The translations under genes and the position numbers were made by a program. 64,000 nucleotides of DNA from Chiloscyllium plagiosum (lineage: Eukaryota), in assembly GCF_004010195.1 (NCBI RefSeq), contig NC_057718.1:9286676-9350675 (forward strand). The letters run 5' to 3'. The notes beneath the pieces are model-generated. The model was not told the origin of the DNA, ran no database searches, and saw only the letters and a list, made by a program, of their open reading frames with translations. Below, one piece after another: positions 11,200 to 24,129 of this stretch (its first letter is position 1; every line of letters begins with the position of its first letter).

Positions 11200-13250
11200 A
11201 AAGATGTTGTTAAACTTGAAAAGGTGCAGAAAAGATTCACGAAAGTGTTGCAGGGATTGGAGGGTTTGAGCTGCAGGGAGAGGTTGAATAGCTGGGGCTG
11301 TTTTCCCTGGAGCTTCAGAGGCTGGGGGGTGACCTTATAAAGGTTTATAAAATCATGAGGGAAATGGATAGGATAAATAGACAAAGTCTCTACCCTGGGG
11401 TGGGGGAGTCCAGAACTAGCAGGCATCGATTTAAGGTGAGAGGGGCAAAATTTAAAAAGGATCCAAGGCATAACAGAGGGTGGTACGTGTATGGAATGAG
11501 CTGCCAGAGGAGGTGGTGGAGGCTGGTATAATTACAACATTTAAAAGGCATCTAGATGGGTGTATAATTAGAAACAATTTAGAGGAAAATGGGCCAGGCA
11601 TGGAAGATATAGAATGTGGGAAAATAGATGGTGACATTTTGAAAAATGTCCATATTTACATAGAAGGAGGAGCTGGTTGTCTTAAAATGCGTAAACATGG
11701 ATAGATCCCCAGGGCCTGATCAGGTGTACCCTAGAACTCTGCTGGAAGCTAACGAAGTGATTGCTGGGCCCCTCGTAGATTTATTTGTATCATCGATAGT
11801 CACAGGTGAGATGCCAGTAGACTGGAGGTTGGCAAACGTGGTGCCACTGTTTAAGAATGGCAGCAAGGACAAGCCAGGGAACTATAGACCAGTGAGCCTG
11901 ACCTCGGTGTGAGCAAGTTGTTGGAGAGAATCCTGAGGGACAGGATGTACATGTATTTGGAAAGGCAAGGACTGATTGGGTTGTCAACATGGCTTTGTGC
12001 GCAGGAAATCATGTCTTACAAACTTGATTGAGTTTTTTGAAGAAATAACAAAGAGGATTGATGGGGGCAGAGCGATGGACATGATCAAATGAACTTCAGT
12101 AAGGTGTTCTCCAAGGTTCCTCATGGGAGATTAGTTAGCAAGGTTAGATCTCATGGAATAGGGAGAACTAATCATTTAGACACAGAACTGGCTTGAAGGT
12201 AGAAGACAGGGGGTGGTGGTGGAAGGTTGCTTTTCAGACTGGAGGCTGGTGACCACAAGGATCAGTACTGGGTCCACTACTTTTCATCATTTATATAAAT
12301 GATTTGCATGTGAACATAGGAGGCATGGTTAGTAAGTTTGCAGATGACACCAAAATTGGAGTTGTAGTGGACAGCGAAGAGGGTTATCTCAGAGTACAAT
12401 GGGATCTTAATCAGATGGGCCAATGGGCTGAGGAGTGGCAGATGGAGTTTAATTTAGATAAATGTGAGGTGCAGTATTTTGGATAAGCAAATCAGAGCAG
12501 GACTTATACACTTAATGGTAAGGTCCTTGGGAGTGTTGCTGAACAAAGAGACCTTGGATATGCAGGTTCATAACTCCTTGGAAGTGGAGTCGCATGTCGA
12601 TAGGATAGTGAAGAAGGCGTTTGGTATTCTTTCATTTAGTGGACAGTGAGTCTAGTATAGGAGTTGGGAGGTCATGTTGCGGCTGTACAGGTCATTGGTT
12701 TGGCCATTTTTAGAATATTGTGTGCAATTCTGGTCTCCCTCCTATCAAAAGGTTATTGCAAAACATTAAAGGGTTCAGAAAAGATTTACAAGGATGTTGC
12801 TGAGTTGACAGATTTGAGTTATAGGCAGAGGCTGAACAGGCTGGGGCTGTTTTCCCTGGAGCGTCGGAGGCTGAGGGGTGATCTTATAGAGGTTTATAAA
12901 ATCATGACGGGTATGGATAGGATAAATAGACAATTTTCCCTGAAGTGTGGGCGTCCAGAACTAGACGGCATAGGTTTAGGATGAGAGGGGAAAACCTTAA
13001 AAAGGACCTAATGGGCAACGTTTTCACACAGTGAGTGGTGCATGTGTGGAATGAGCTGCCAGAGGAAGCGGTGGAGGCTGCTACAATTACAACATTTAAA
13101 ATGCATCTGGATGGGTATATCAATAGAAAATATTTAGAGGGATCTGGGCCAAGTGCTGGTAAATGCGACTAGATTAGGTTCAGATATCTGGTCAGCATGG
13201 ATGAGTTAGACTGAAGTTAGACTGTTTCTGTGCTGTACAACTCTCTGACT
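11200..13250 (+). mobile_element. CR1 LINEs: 3' fragment (~11200-11600) followed by a longer ORF2 pseudogene (~11601-13250)
   Basis: ORF pieces [54 protein letters not shown] and RRLRGDLIEVYKIM, with frameshifts and stops. Confidence 0.92.
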
Positions 13251-14218
13251 CAAGTGCACCCACTGCCCAAAGAGCTAGCTTTGAGAAAGGATTTCACTGG
13301 GTGGTGGATATACAATCGAAGTGGCAATCAATCTTCTGTCATACCTTGCTTAGGATGCAAGAACCTTGAGTATTAAGTACTCGACTGAGGCACAGGTGCA
13401 GTGCTAGGTTGTGTCCCAGTTTGAATATTACTCCACCTCTGGTCTTTGAGCAAGCTGTGCTCACTGTCCTAGATCTTGTGGCTTGGCCTCAAATTCTTTT
13501 CTCCAGTGAAGCACCTTAGATTATTTCATTATCTCCTTGATTTTAAACAGGCTGCAAGAGGAGATGGACCGGGGTGGTACTGAGGGTAAAGAATTTCACC
13601 TACAAGGTTTGGAGAGTTCGGCTTGCTCCCCTTAGAGCAAAGAAGAAGAAGCTGAGATTTAGTTGGAGTGCACAGCTTTAAGGCAAAATGGACAAAGCAG
13701 AAACATTCCTGTCCGATGGGGCAAGAGCTGGCAGGCACAGATTTGTGGTTTGGGGCAAGGGGAAGGTGAGGAAAATATGCTTTTTTTTGCAGTATGTGCT
13801 TACTGATTTGAAATTCTCTGCCTACAAGAGTGGTGAAAAAGAAGTCAATCAGGTGCAGTGAGCTAGATAAAGGAAATTAATTTACTGGGTTGTAAGAGAT
13901 GGAGAGCAAGAATGGGAGTGACGAGATTCCTCTGCAAGGAGCTAGCATAGGCTGACTGGCTTTCTTGAGTGCTTCAATGACACTTTAGAGAAGAGAGCTT
14001 TCTGATCAATGCATGGCCTGACATTCTACGAGGGAGGGTCAATGAATGAGAACAAGTCTCATCACCAAGTTAGCACATGTAGGAGGTGGACACTTCATGT
14101 GGAATGGCATCGAGATACCCTCTAGGAGTAAGTGAGGACTGCAGATGCTGGAGATCAGAGCTGAAAATGTGTTGCTAGAAAAGCGCAGCAGGTCAGGCAG
14201 CATCCAAGGAGCAGGAGA

Positions 14219-14252
14219 ATCGACGTTTCGGGCATGAGCCCTTCTTCAGGAA
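14219..14252 (-). ncRNA. Minimal hammerhead ribozyme, family A
   Basis: Minus strand: ttc-CTGAAGA-a-gggc tcat gccc-GAAA-cg-TC-gat. Confidence 0.8.
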
Positions 14253-14505
14253 GGAGGAAAGTGTGCCAAGCAGGCTAAGATAAAAGATAGGGAGGATGAA
14301 CTCTGGGCAGGGGCGTTGGAAATGCGATAGGTGGAAGGAGGTTAAGGTGAGGGTGATAAGGTGAGGGTGATAGGNNNNNNNNNNNNNNNNNNNNNNNNNN
14401 NNNNNNNNATCCATGTTCACATTTCAAACGAGTTTGTCTCTCTTTAGCCTTTTATGCCAAACTCCATCACAGCGGGCTTCAGTCTGTTCATTTCCCTCCA
14501 CTCCT

Positions 14506-14537
14506 TCCTGAAGAAGGGCTCATGCCTGAAACGTTGC
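14506..14537 (+). ncRNA. Minimal hammerhead ribozyme, family A (partner arm)
   Basis: CTGAAGA-a-gggc tcat gcct-GAAA-cg-TT. Confidence 0.7.
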
Positions 14538-14769
14538 TTCTCCTGTTCCTTGGATGCTGCCTGACCTGCTGCGCTTTTCCAGCAACACATTTTCAGACCG
14601 AGACACCCTGACCAGGAAGATCACAGAGTCGAAGCCCAATCTGCTGCGACCCTGAAAATCAAACAGGGATCCTGTCCTGATCACTACCCAGTGTTCACTT
14701 GCTAAAACACGTAGAATGGCTGAGGGCAGGACAGTGCCCAGTTGTATGTTTGCGCTTTATACAGGTGTG

Positions 14770-15260
14770 TAAAGATCAGCAAAGAGAAATATGGGCGCAT
14801 TATGGACAGAGACAGGAGGATTTACGATGGGAACTAGGGCCGTGGTGGAGAAGCTAAATCATATTTTTTTGTGCTTGACTTCACAGAGGAAGGTACCAGA
14901 AATCTCCCAGAAATAAACGAGATCCAAGGGACTAGTGGGAATGAGGAATTGAAAGAAATTGCCATTAGCAGAAAGAAAGTCGTGCTGGAGAAATGATAGG
15001 TCCGCAAGTTGGCAAACTCCCAGGACACAAAGCATTGAAATAAATGGCTACAGTGATTTTAAAAAAAAGGTATTGATGATCACCTTTCAAAATCCTGTGG
15101 CTTCTACAGCACGATCTGCAGACTGGAAGGTTAAATGTTACCCTACTATTTAAGAAAGAAGGGAGAGACAAAACAGGGGACTGTAGGTGTGTTCAGCTGA
15201 TGTCAGGACAATAGCAGCGAAAATATTCAGTCCATTATAAGGAGTGAGATAACGGGATAT
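14770..15260 (+). mobile_element. Old CR1 ORF2 internal fragment
   Basis: ADWKV..VT.LFKK..R..TG-like sequence (gactggaagg...ctatttaagaaagaagggagagacaaaacagggg). Confidence 0.65.
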
Positions 15261-15309
15261 TTAAAATATCTCAGAATATTTAGAATGTTTAGAATTCTAC
15301 TGAAAGTTA

Positions 15310-17240
15310 AGGAAATTCGACCTGTCCACAATAACTCTTACCAATTTTCATAGATGCACCACAGAAAACATCCTATCCAGATGCATCACACCTTAGTATG
15401 GCAACTGCTCTGCCCAAGACCATTAGAAACTACAGCGTGTTGAGAAGCAGCCCAGTCCATCATGAAAACAAGCCTTTCTTCCATTGACTTCAGTAAGGCG
15501 TTTAACAAGGTTCCACATGGTAGACCAGTTAGTAAGGTTAGATCACATGGGATCCAGGGAGAACTAGCCAACTGGATACAAACTTGGCTTGACGGTAGGA
15601 GACAGAAGGTGGTGGTAGTGGATTGTTTCTCGGGTTTGAGGTCTGAGACCAGTGGTGTGCCGCAAGGATCGACACTGGGTCCATTGCTTTTTTGCTACTT
15701 ATATAAATGATTTGGATGTGAATATAGGAAATATGATTAGTAAGTTTACAGATGACACCAAACTTAGAGGTGTAGTGGATAATGAAGGTTACCCCAGAGT
15801 ACAATGGGACCTTGATCAGATGGGCCAATAGGCTGAGGAGTGGTAGATGGAGTTTAATTTAGATAAAAGTGAGGTGTTGTATTTTGTTAAGACAAAACAG
15901 GACAAGACTTACAATTAATGGTAGGGCCCTGGGAAGTGTTGCAGAACAAAATGACCAAGGGATGCAGGTACATAGTTGCTTGAAAGTGAAGTCACAGGTA
16001 GACAGAGTGGTGAAGAAGGTTCATTGGTCAGAGCATTGAGTACAGGAGTTGGAAGGTCATGTTGCATCTGTAAAGTGCATTGGTTAGGCCACTTTTGGAA
16101 TACTGTGTTCAATTCTAGTCTTCCTGTAATAGGAAAGATGTTGTGAAACTTGAAAGGGCTTAGAAAAGATTTACAAGGATGTTGCCAGGATTAAAAGGTT
16201 TGAGCTATAGGGAGAGGCTGACTAGGCTGGGGCTGTTTTCCCTGGAATGTCAGAGGCTGAGGGGTGACCTTATAGAGGTTTATAAAATCATGAGGGGCAT
16301 AGATAGGGTGAATAGACAAGGTCTTTCCCTGGGGTGGAGGAGTCCAGAACTAGAGGTCATAGGTTTAGGGTGAGAGGGGAAAGATTTAAAAAGGGACCTA
16401 AGGGGCAACTTTTTCATGCAGAGACTGATGCCTGTGTGGAATGAGCTGCCGGAGGAACTGGTGGAGGTTGGAACAATTACAACATTTAAAAGGTGTCTGG
16501 ATGGGTCTATGTAAAGGAAGGGTTTTGATAGATATGGGCCGGGTGCTGGCAAATAGGACTAGATTAGGTTAGAATATCTGGTCAGTATAAGTTAGACCAA
16601 AGGGTCTGATTCCTTGCTGTGTAACACTATGACTCGCTGACTCCATCTGCACTTTGCCCTGCCTCAGGAAACCAGCCAACATCATCAAAGATCCCTACCA
16701 CCCGGTTATACTCTCTTCCACCCACTCCCATTGGACAGAAGATACAAACGTTTGAAAACACGCACCAACAGATTCAAGAAAAGCTTCTTCCCCGCCATTA
16801 TCAGACTTATGGATGGACCTTTTGTATATTAGAGGTGATCTATTTCCGCACCTTCTCTGTAGCTGTAACACGATATTCTGAGGTCAGGAAGGGTACTATA
16901 TGAATGCAAACTCTTTCCATACCTCTGAGTGGATTATCCCCAACTGGTCCACCAAGGTCCATATTGGAACATGAGATAGATCACTGATCAATCAGTAGGT
17001 GGGCTAAGCTGAGCTCTCCACTGCTCTGTGACCACTCACCTTTGGTTAAATATTGGGACACTCCTGATATACAGAGTTGCTCCCATTCCACTACCTCAAC
17101 TGTGGTGGGGTGGGAAATTTATTCTGATTCTGATTTATTACCCTGATGTACTTGTATAAGGTATGATTTGTCTGGTTGACACACAAAACACTACATTTCA
17201 CTGTATATCAGTACATGTGGCAATAATAACTCAAGTCAAA
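15310..17240 (+). mobile_element. Rex1/Babar fragment split by a CR1 (15486-16640) and an inverted insertion (16881-17119)
   Basis: RCTTENILSRCIT..YGNCSAQD at 15350-15420 resumes at 16640 (IIKDP.HP...RRYKRLKTRTNRFKKSFFP). 3' UTR at 17120-17240. Confidence 0.75.
15486..16640 (+). mobile_element. CR1 (HER1-like) RT to 3' end
   Basis: DFSKAFNKVPHGR, SGVPQGSTLGPLLF and RLRGDLIEVYKIMRG, plus the 3' UTR. Confidence 0.92.
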
Positions 17241-17259
17241 TATAATCATCTAATCGGAC

Positions 17260-18560
17260 AGATGTCAACATGACTTAGGAAGGGAAAGTCATGTTTGACA
17301 AACCAGGCTTTGTTGAGAACATTACCAACAGAGTCTATCTTGTCCCACCAGTGGCTGTGGTGAATTTGAGACAACTTTTCAAAAAGACACAAATGGGAAA
17401 CTACTGAAGATCATGGGATAGAGTATAATATACTGCTGAGGATTAAGAAGTGGTTACTGAGAAGGGGACGGACAGCAGGAAAAGATGGTAATTCATGGGT
17501 TAGCAGTCCATGACTGTAACACTCAGTGATTGGGCCCCAGCTGTTCACAATCGATATCAGAGTAGTGGCTGAATGTATTATTTGTAAGTTTGGATAAAAG
17601 AATGGCACTATGATATGTGACAATGATGCGGAGAGGTTTCGAGAGGCTGAGAGAATGGCCAAATTATGACGTGGGCTAAGTGTGAGATTATCCACATTGA
17701 TAGGAGGGAGAGATGTGTGGAGTATTTCTTAAATGACAAGAGATTGGAATGTGTCCTCGGGACCTAAGCTTGGATGTCACTGAAAATAAACAAGGAGGTG
17801 CAGTGAGCAATTGTGATGGCGAATTGGCCTTTATCACAAGAGGATTGAAGAACAGGCTCAAAGAGACCTTTGTTGAGAGTGTGGTGCTGGAAAAGCAGAG
17901 CAGGTCAGGCCACATCCGAGGGGCAGGAATTCCTGACGAAGGGCTTATGCCCGAAGCGTCGATTCTCCTGCTCCTTGGATGTTGCCGGACCTGCTGTGCT
18001 TTTCCAGCAACACACTCTCGACCCTAATCCCCAGCATTTGCAATCCTCACTTTCTCCTCAAGGAGACTTTTCTTCCACTATAGAACCTCAGTGACAACCC
18101 ACCTGGAACGAGCAGCGGTCCCTTACCTAAGGAAGGAGGTGCGTGTCATTGAGAGAGGCAGCAGGGGCTCATTGGACTTGTTCCTGGGATAGTGTGTGAG
18201 GAAAGGCTGAGGAGTCTGGGCCTGTATTCCCCAGAGAATAGAAGAGCCAGACAGGATCTGATAGACAGGACGGATGCAGAGAGGTGGTGTCTAGCACCAA
18301 GGCAACTCAAGCTCAGAACAAAATGTGCAAGGCATTAAGGTGCGTTGGAATGTTTTCACCCAGAGGGTGGAGAATCTTTGGAACTCTCGGCCCCAGCTAT
18401 CGAAGCTCAGTTGTTGAGTGCACTCAAGACAGAGATTGATTGATGTCTAGATACTGATGGCACGATAGGGTTTGGGGATAACAGATTGTGGTAAATAATC
18501 AGCCACAATCGATTTAAATGGTGGAGCGAGTTTGGTGAACGGAATGACCGACCCACACAC
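17260..18560 (+). mobile_element. Old, heavily decayed CR1
   Basis: gggaaagtcatgtttgacaaac, gggccccagctgttcacaatc.atatca, ttttcacccagagggtggagaatctttggaac. Confidence 0.7.
17871..18056 (+). mobile_element. PLE family A hairpin mini-element with hammerhead (core CTGACGA 17933-17939; GAAA mutated to GAAG)
   Basis: Inverted arms 17875-17927 and 17966-18019. Duplication ctcaaagagacctt (17857-17870) / ctcaaggagacttt (18057-18070). Confidence 0.85.
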
Positions 18561-19566
18561 TACTATCCCATTCCCTAACCTGCTTTGAGATTGATTGTTT
18601 TCTGTAAAATTTGGAGATCAAGCAGGAGAATGGCACTGGCTGGGTAGCTCTTTGAGGAGCCAGTGCAGACGCAATGGGTCAGATGGCCTTTTCTGGTGCT
18701 GTAAAATTCAATGATTCCAATGCCATCCCATTCCTAGTCTCATCCTAATTGATAAGATTTCATGTAATGTGGCTCGGTCGATATTTATCCCTGAAGTTGG
18801 CCTCTGGGGGCTCCACTCTTGACACTCTTGGTAAATAAGGAGACAGGAACATTGAGGTTAAACAGGGAGGGACCGCAGCTCATTGGGAGGGTGTTGTCAG
18901 ATTTCCATTTGTGCTGTGTTGCCAGGTTAGAAAAGAGGGAGGAGGGAGAAGGAAGGAAGCTCCTTAAAAAGCTTATGACTGAGTGACCAGGCAATTTAAA
19001 CACCCTTAATGACAGCTAGCAACTTCCAATCCAGTTGCTCCCCACCCCCCCACCCCCCTCCCCAACTCCCATAGCTCTGTTTTTGTGTGGGAATTTCCCA
19101 CCCCACCACCAGTGCAGTTGAGGTAGTGGAATGGGAGCAACTCTGTATATCAGGAGTGTCCCAATATTTAACCAAAGGTGAGTGGTCACAGAGCAGTGGA
19201 GAGCTCAGCTTAGCCCACCTACTGATTGATCAGTGATCTATCTCATGTTCCAATATGGACCTTGGTGGACCAGTTGGGGATAATCCACTCAGAGGTATGG
19301 AAAGAGTTTGCATTCATATAGTACCCTTCCTGACCTCAGGATGCCCCATAGTAACTTTACATTCAATGAATTACTGTTTATAATCATAGTAGTGATGTTG
19401 GAAAATCAGACAGTGGATCTGAGCAGCCAAGCTACCTCAAAGCACTGTGGGATAGTAGCCAGATTATCCATTCTCATTATGATGGTTCAGGGATAAATAT
19501 GGACCGGGCCTAATTTTCATAATACCTTATCAACTAGAATGAGACTAGGAATGAGAGGTTACTACA

Positions 19567-21270
19567 ATCATTGAATCTTACAGCACAGAAGGAGGCCATT
19601 CAACCCATGGTGTTTGTACTGGCTCCCAAAACAGCTACCCAACGAGTCCCATTCTCCAGCCCTAACTCTGTCGCCCTCTAACTTCATCCCTTTTAAATAT
19701 ATATCAACCTCTGTTTTGAAACCTACTCTCCCAGGCAGCACATTCCAAATCTCAACAACTCTCTGAGTAAAGAGGATTCTCCTCATCTCACTCCAAGCTC
19801 TCTAGCTGAAAATCTTGAAGTTGTGACCCCTGGCTACTGACATATCAACTAGTGTTGGTAATACAGTTCATTACCCTGTCAAAATTGTTCACAATTTTGA
19901 ACACCTCAATAAGGTCACCTCTTAATTTTCTCTGCTCCAAAGGAGAAGTAACCTAATTTCTCTGATCTTCCTATGGATCTAAAATCCCTTATTCCTGATA
20001 TCATTCCAATGAATGTCCTTTGTACTTTCTCCAGAGTTTTAACATCCTTCAATAAGGTGTCCAGAACTGAACACATTACTCCAAACGTGGTCTGACCAAT
20101 GATTCGTAAAGGTGTAGCATCACCTCCTTACTTTTATACTCTATGCCTCTATTTATAAACCAATAAGTCTTCTTAACAACAGTTTTGACTTGCCTGGCCA
20201 CCTTCAGAAAATCATGCATATTTTGAACCCCACGGTCCCTCTGCCCCTGTACTTCCCTCAAAGTTGCACCATTGAGCCTGTATTGCCTCTGTGTTTCTTC
20301 TACTGAAATGCATTCCCTCACATTGCTCTGCACATTTCATCTGCCAGTTGTGTGTCCTTTAGACCTATTTGTCAATGTCCCTCTGAGGTTGCTCAGCATC
20401 ATCCTCACAAGTGTCCGTTTTCCCTAGCTTAGCATCATCTCCAAATTTTGCCCTCAACACCCATCTTGAAATCATTTATATGAATCAGTAAAAGCAAGGG
20501 TCCAAGTGGGGAACACCACTTACAGCTCGTCTCCAGTCTGAGAAATGCCCATCCAGACCTACCCTCAGTTTCTTATCTTTTAACCAACGACTAATCCATG
20601 CTGCCAAGAACCTATCAATCTCAACGTTCCTAATTTGCTAACCAACCTGCCATGTCATACTATATAAAATGCTTTCTGAAAATCCAAATATACAACATCC
20701 ATGGCACTCTCCTCACTTACTGACTGTGTCACCTCGTCAAAGAACTCACTCCAATTTGTCAGACATGCTCTGCCCTTGACAAAGCTGTTGACTGTCTAGT
20801 ATTAACCTATTTTTCTCCAAGTGTATATTTACCTTATCCGGTATTACGTCCCCATTACATTTCCCATTATTGATGTCGAGCTGACAGACCTGTAGTATCC
20901 AGGGTTATCCTTTGCCTTTTTCTTAAACAAGTGTCACATTTGCAATCCTCCAGTCCCCCCGGGGACTAATCCTGTGTTCAAACAGGCCTGGAAAATTTCT
21001 GTTAATGGTTCCGCAATTTGCTCCCTTACATTTCTCAGTAATCTAGGATGCATCCCGTCCAGGCCTGGTGACTTCTCTGTTTAGAATGCTGCCCCTCTAC
21101 TTTATCTAACACTATACTGCTCAGTTGATCAACACACACACTTTCAACTAGGTCATTGTCACCATATTCTAATTTGGTAAAGACAGAAGCAAAATATTCA
21201 TTTAGTATTTCTGACAGATACTTTGCCTCAGTAAGGAGCTTTCCCCACTTGTCTCTTTGGGCCCCCCTCT
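19567..21270 (-). mobile_element. CR1 LINE, older subfamily, long fragment
   Basis: Minus ORFs FTQRVVEIWNVLP and INRGIEYKSKEVMLHLYESLVRPRLE; DFQKAF-like aatgctttctgaaaatccaaatatac on +. Confidence 0.85.
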
Positions 21271-22996
21271 ATCCGTCATTAATATTTTACTCTTAACATT
21301 AATATTGCTATAAATATTTGATTCAGAATAAGTCAGAAATTACCAGCTATGATGGAACCCAAAATGGTAGTACTTTAAAAGGGTTTGAAAGAGTTAATCG
21401 CGAAAGAATATTATAAACCGGTGACAAGAGGACATATGTTTAAGGGAATGAATATTGGAGAATTGAGGAGGAAGATTAGCTGATTTTATTCATGGGATCC
21501 GTGGTTGAAACATTAGAATGAAGTCACACACAACATTTAAGAGACATGATACAAATGCTAGAAGAGCAAAAATCTTAAAGACAAATATTGTCCGCTTGTC
21601 AAAACCAGTCTTCCAGCATCATTTACTGCAGCAGAGCACCACAGATTGAATCAAGCTTAGAGACATGGAGCTGTGGGTTGGGCTATCACTCTACAGTCAT
21701 GTCCTCCACCACAAACAGTACCATTTAAATCAATAACTCACTGGCTCAGTAACAGCTCAGCAGCCTTTCTGAGTCATCGCAGTTAAGAAGAATCCTGGCA
21801 CTGCCACCCATCACATCTCACTGGTGAATCACTCAGCATCCGAGTCTGAGGAGGCCATTCAGCCCCTCAATATGGCTCTGCCATTCAATTAAATCCTGGC
21901 CAAACCATCCCCCCAAACACAGCTCTATCCAATCCATTCCTTGGTAAAATCGGTCTGTCTATTCATCCGTCTCTCATCCATCAAATCGTTTTACACTTTT
22001 CTCTGAATGTGCTGAGCTTTGTCTCCACGGGTAACCGTTATCTGTTCCTCCTGCTGTCCCTCCCAGGGTCAACTCTGTTCTTGGCTCTGGTGCAGTCACG
22101 TTTCTTCCCAGAGATTTTGACTGACATTTGAGGCACGGCCGAGGGAGCACTGCATTGCCAGGGGCACCAGTGTACTGAGCTGGGCCCTGTCTGTCCTCAC
22201 AGGGCTCCATGTCAAACACGCTCAAAGTGATCTCTCTCCTGCAGCAGAATGGCTCACCTCGTCTCCCAACATCCTCCCGGTGAGTGGAGTCTACAGCATA
22301 TGTGAACGGAATGTGGGGTCAGAAGGACTCTTCCTGAAAGGGTTAAACTGCCTGGTATGCATTGAGATCGATTAATCTCTCGGCTGTGTGTTCAGCTGGG
22401 CCTCCCATGACATGCTGCTGAGCATTACAATCCAAAATCTCCTTAAAGTTTGGAGAAAACGGTCTCAACGTCTTCCCCTTTCCCCCTTGTCCCAGTGAGT
22501 GGACGGGCGGTAACACCAGTTCAAGTCAGGTTTCCATCATTCTGTTCACGCAGAGGCAGGAATGATTGTGTTATTTCGAGTCAGCAAGTGTACAGGGTTG
22601 TGAAGCTCTGCTGAGTCAATCCGATATCATTTCTGCCCTAACTTAGTGAGTCTTGGATTGGTCAGCGTGTGAAGGTTGAGGGCGTAGGGGGTGGTTGAAG
22701 AGTCAGCCCACTTGTACCCAGCTATTCCTCACACTATAAGCCAACCTCCCCCACCTCAAAGACTGAGTCTGCCTGAACGTCATGTGCATGAAAAGCCTTT
22801 AAGTCAAATGTTTCTCATGTTTTAGCATCTGAGATGTGTGCTTTTGGTGTGCTATGATAGATTCCTCTGACTGGCTGTAAACACTGTCTCAGCTTGGGAT
22901 ATAATTTATAACTATCTCAGAATTTGAGGGAGTGCCACATCGCTGCCCAGCACACCCTTTCATAGATATTCATACTCTTCCTTTCCTATCACTGCC

Positions 22997-24125
22997 ATGA
23001 TGTAGACGAGCCAATGTTGGACTGGGGTGGACAAGGTCAGAACTCAGAAGACACCAGGTTACAGTCCAACAGGTTTATTTGAAATCACAAGCTTTCGGAG
23101 CTCTGCCCCTTCATCGGATGAAGTGAGAGAGAAGCACGCAGGCACAGAATTTATAGACAGAGAGACCAATGAGCAGAAGAGATTAAAAGATCAAGTAAAT
23201 GGTGTGAGTGGGGTGTCTGTAGGCTGAATAATAGGTCTCTGCAGGTGATCAAGAGTGTCAGACAGTGTGAGTAAAGTGTCAACAGCTGAATAGCAAGCAA
23301 AGAGATGGCCTATAATCTGATTAAATGAGGCAGAGAGATAATTAGAGAAAATTAAAAATAAGGTGCTGCTGGAGACAAACCAAATGGCTGGAAGAACATG
23401 ATTATTATAAGAGTAGCATGATGAGGGTCTAACCAAAGGAACAAGGAATCCAAAACTGTACAAACTAATTAAGGTTGAGTGATCATAACAAGTTATCAAG
23501 GTGATGGTGTCAAAACAGGACAGTGAGGAAACTTTTACAGACACAGAACAGTGTGGTGGGATCACATGTAGTGTGATATAAAGCCAAGATCACGGTTGGG
23601 GCCATCTTCATGCGTATGGAACTTGGCTATCAGTCTCTGCTCGGCAATTCTGCGTTATTGTGTATCTCGAAGGCCACCTTGGAGGATGCCTACCCGAAGA
23701 TCGGAAACTAAAGGTCCTTGACCACGGGAGCGTTCCCCGACAGAGAGGGAACCGCTGCAAGACATGCCAGATCACCGGCATGGATACCTCCATCACACAT
23801 GGGAGCACCACCACCACGCTCATGGCAGTACTCATGTGGCTCGCCCAATGTTATCTATCCTATACACTGCAGGCAAGGATGCCCCAAGGCATGGTACATT
23901 GGTGAGACAATGCAGACCCAACGATACGAATGAATGGACACGGTGCAATAATCTCCCAGATAGGGGTGTTTCCTCCCAGTCGGGGAGCACTTCAGTGGTC
24001 AAGGACATTCACCCTTCGATGCTTGGGTAAGCGTTCTCCAAGGCAGCCTTCAGGATACACAACAACGCAGAATCGCCAATTCGAGATGGGTTCCATATGG
24101 GTTCATGTCACGCTACATGTAACCA
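22997..24125. mobile_element. Neptune-type PLE (family B): minus-strand 3' end joined back-to-back with a plus-strand GIY-YIG fragment
   Basis: Plus strand has NRCKTC and NVIYPIHCRQGCPKAWYIGET. 23640-23724 is inverted relative to 23995-24078. Left end has the family B pLTR with a degenerate hammerhead (ccgatga..gaaagctt, ~23089-23118 minus). Confidence 0.8.
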
Positions 24126-24129
24126 AAAG

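Larger units (their letters stand above)
14122..14598. mobile_element. PLE family A hairpin mini-element (inverted pLTR arms, internal gap)
   Basis: Arm 14160-14253 is the reverse complement of 14504-14596. Flanked by cgagataccct (14111-14121) and cgagacaccct (14599-14609). Confidence 0.85.

Noticed and set aside
14122..14598. Hairpin elements as DNA-transposon MITEs
   Set aside because: The arms are asymmetric, the TSDs are long and variable, they carry hammerhead cores, and families B and C connect to GIY-YIG ORF remnants.
22203..22285. Candidate exon ending in ccg/gtgagt
   Set aside because: It overlaps a DeuSINE-like remnant and gives no recognisable peptide; RNA-seq would be needed to support it.
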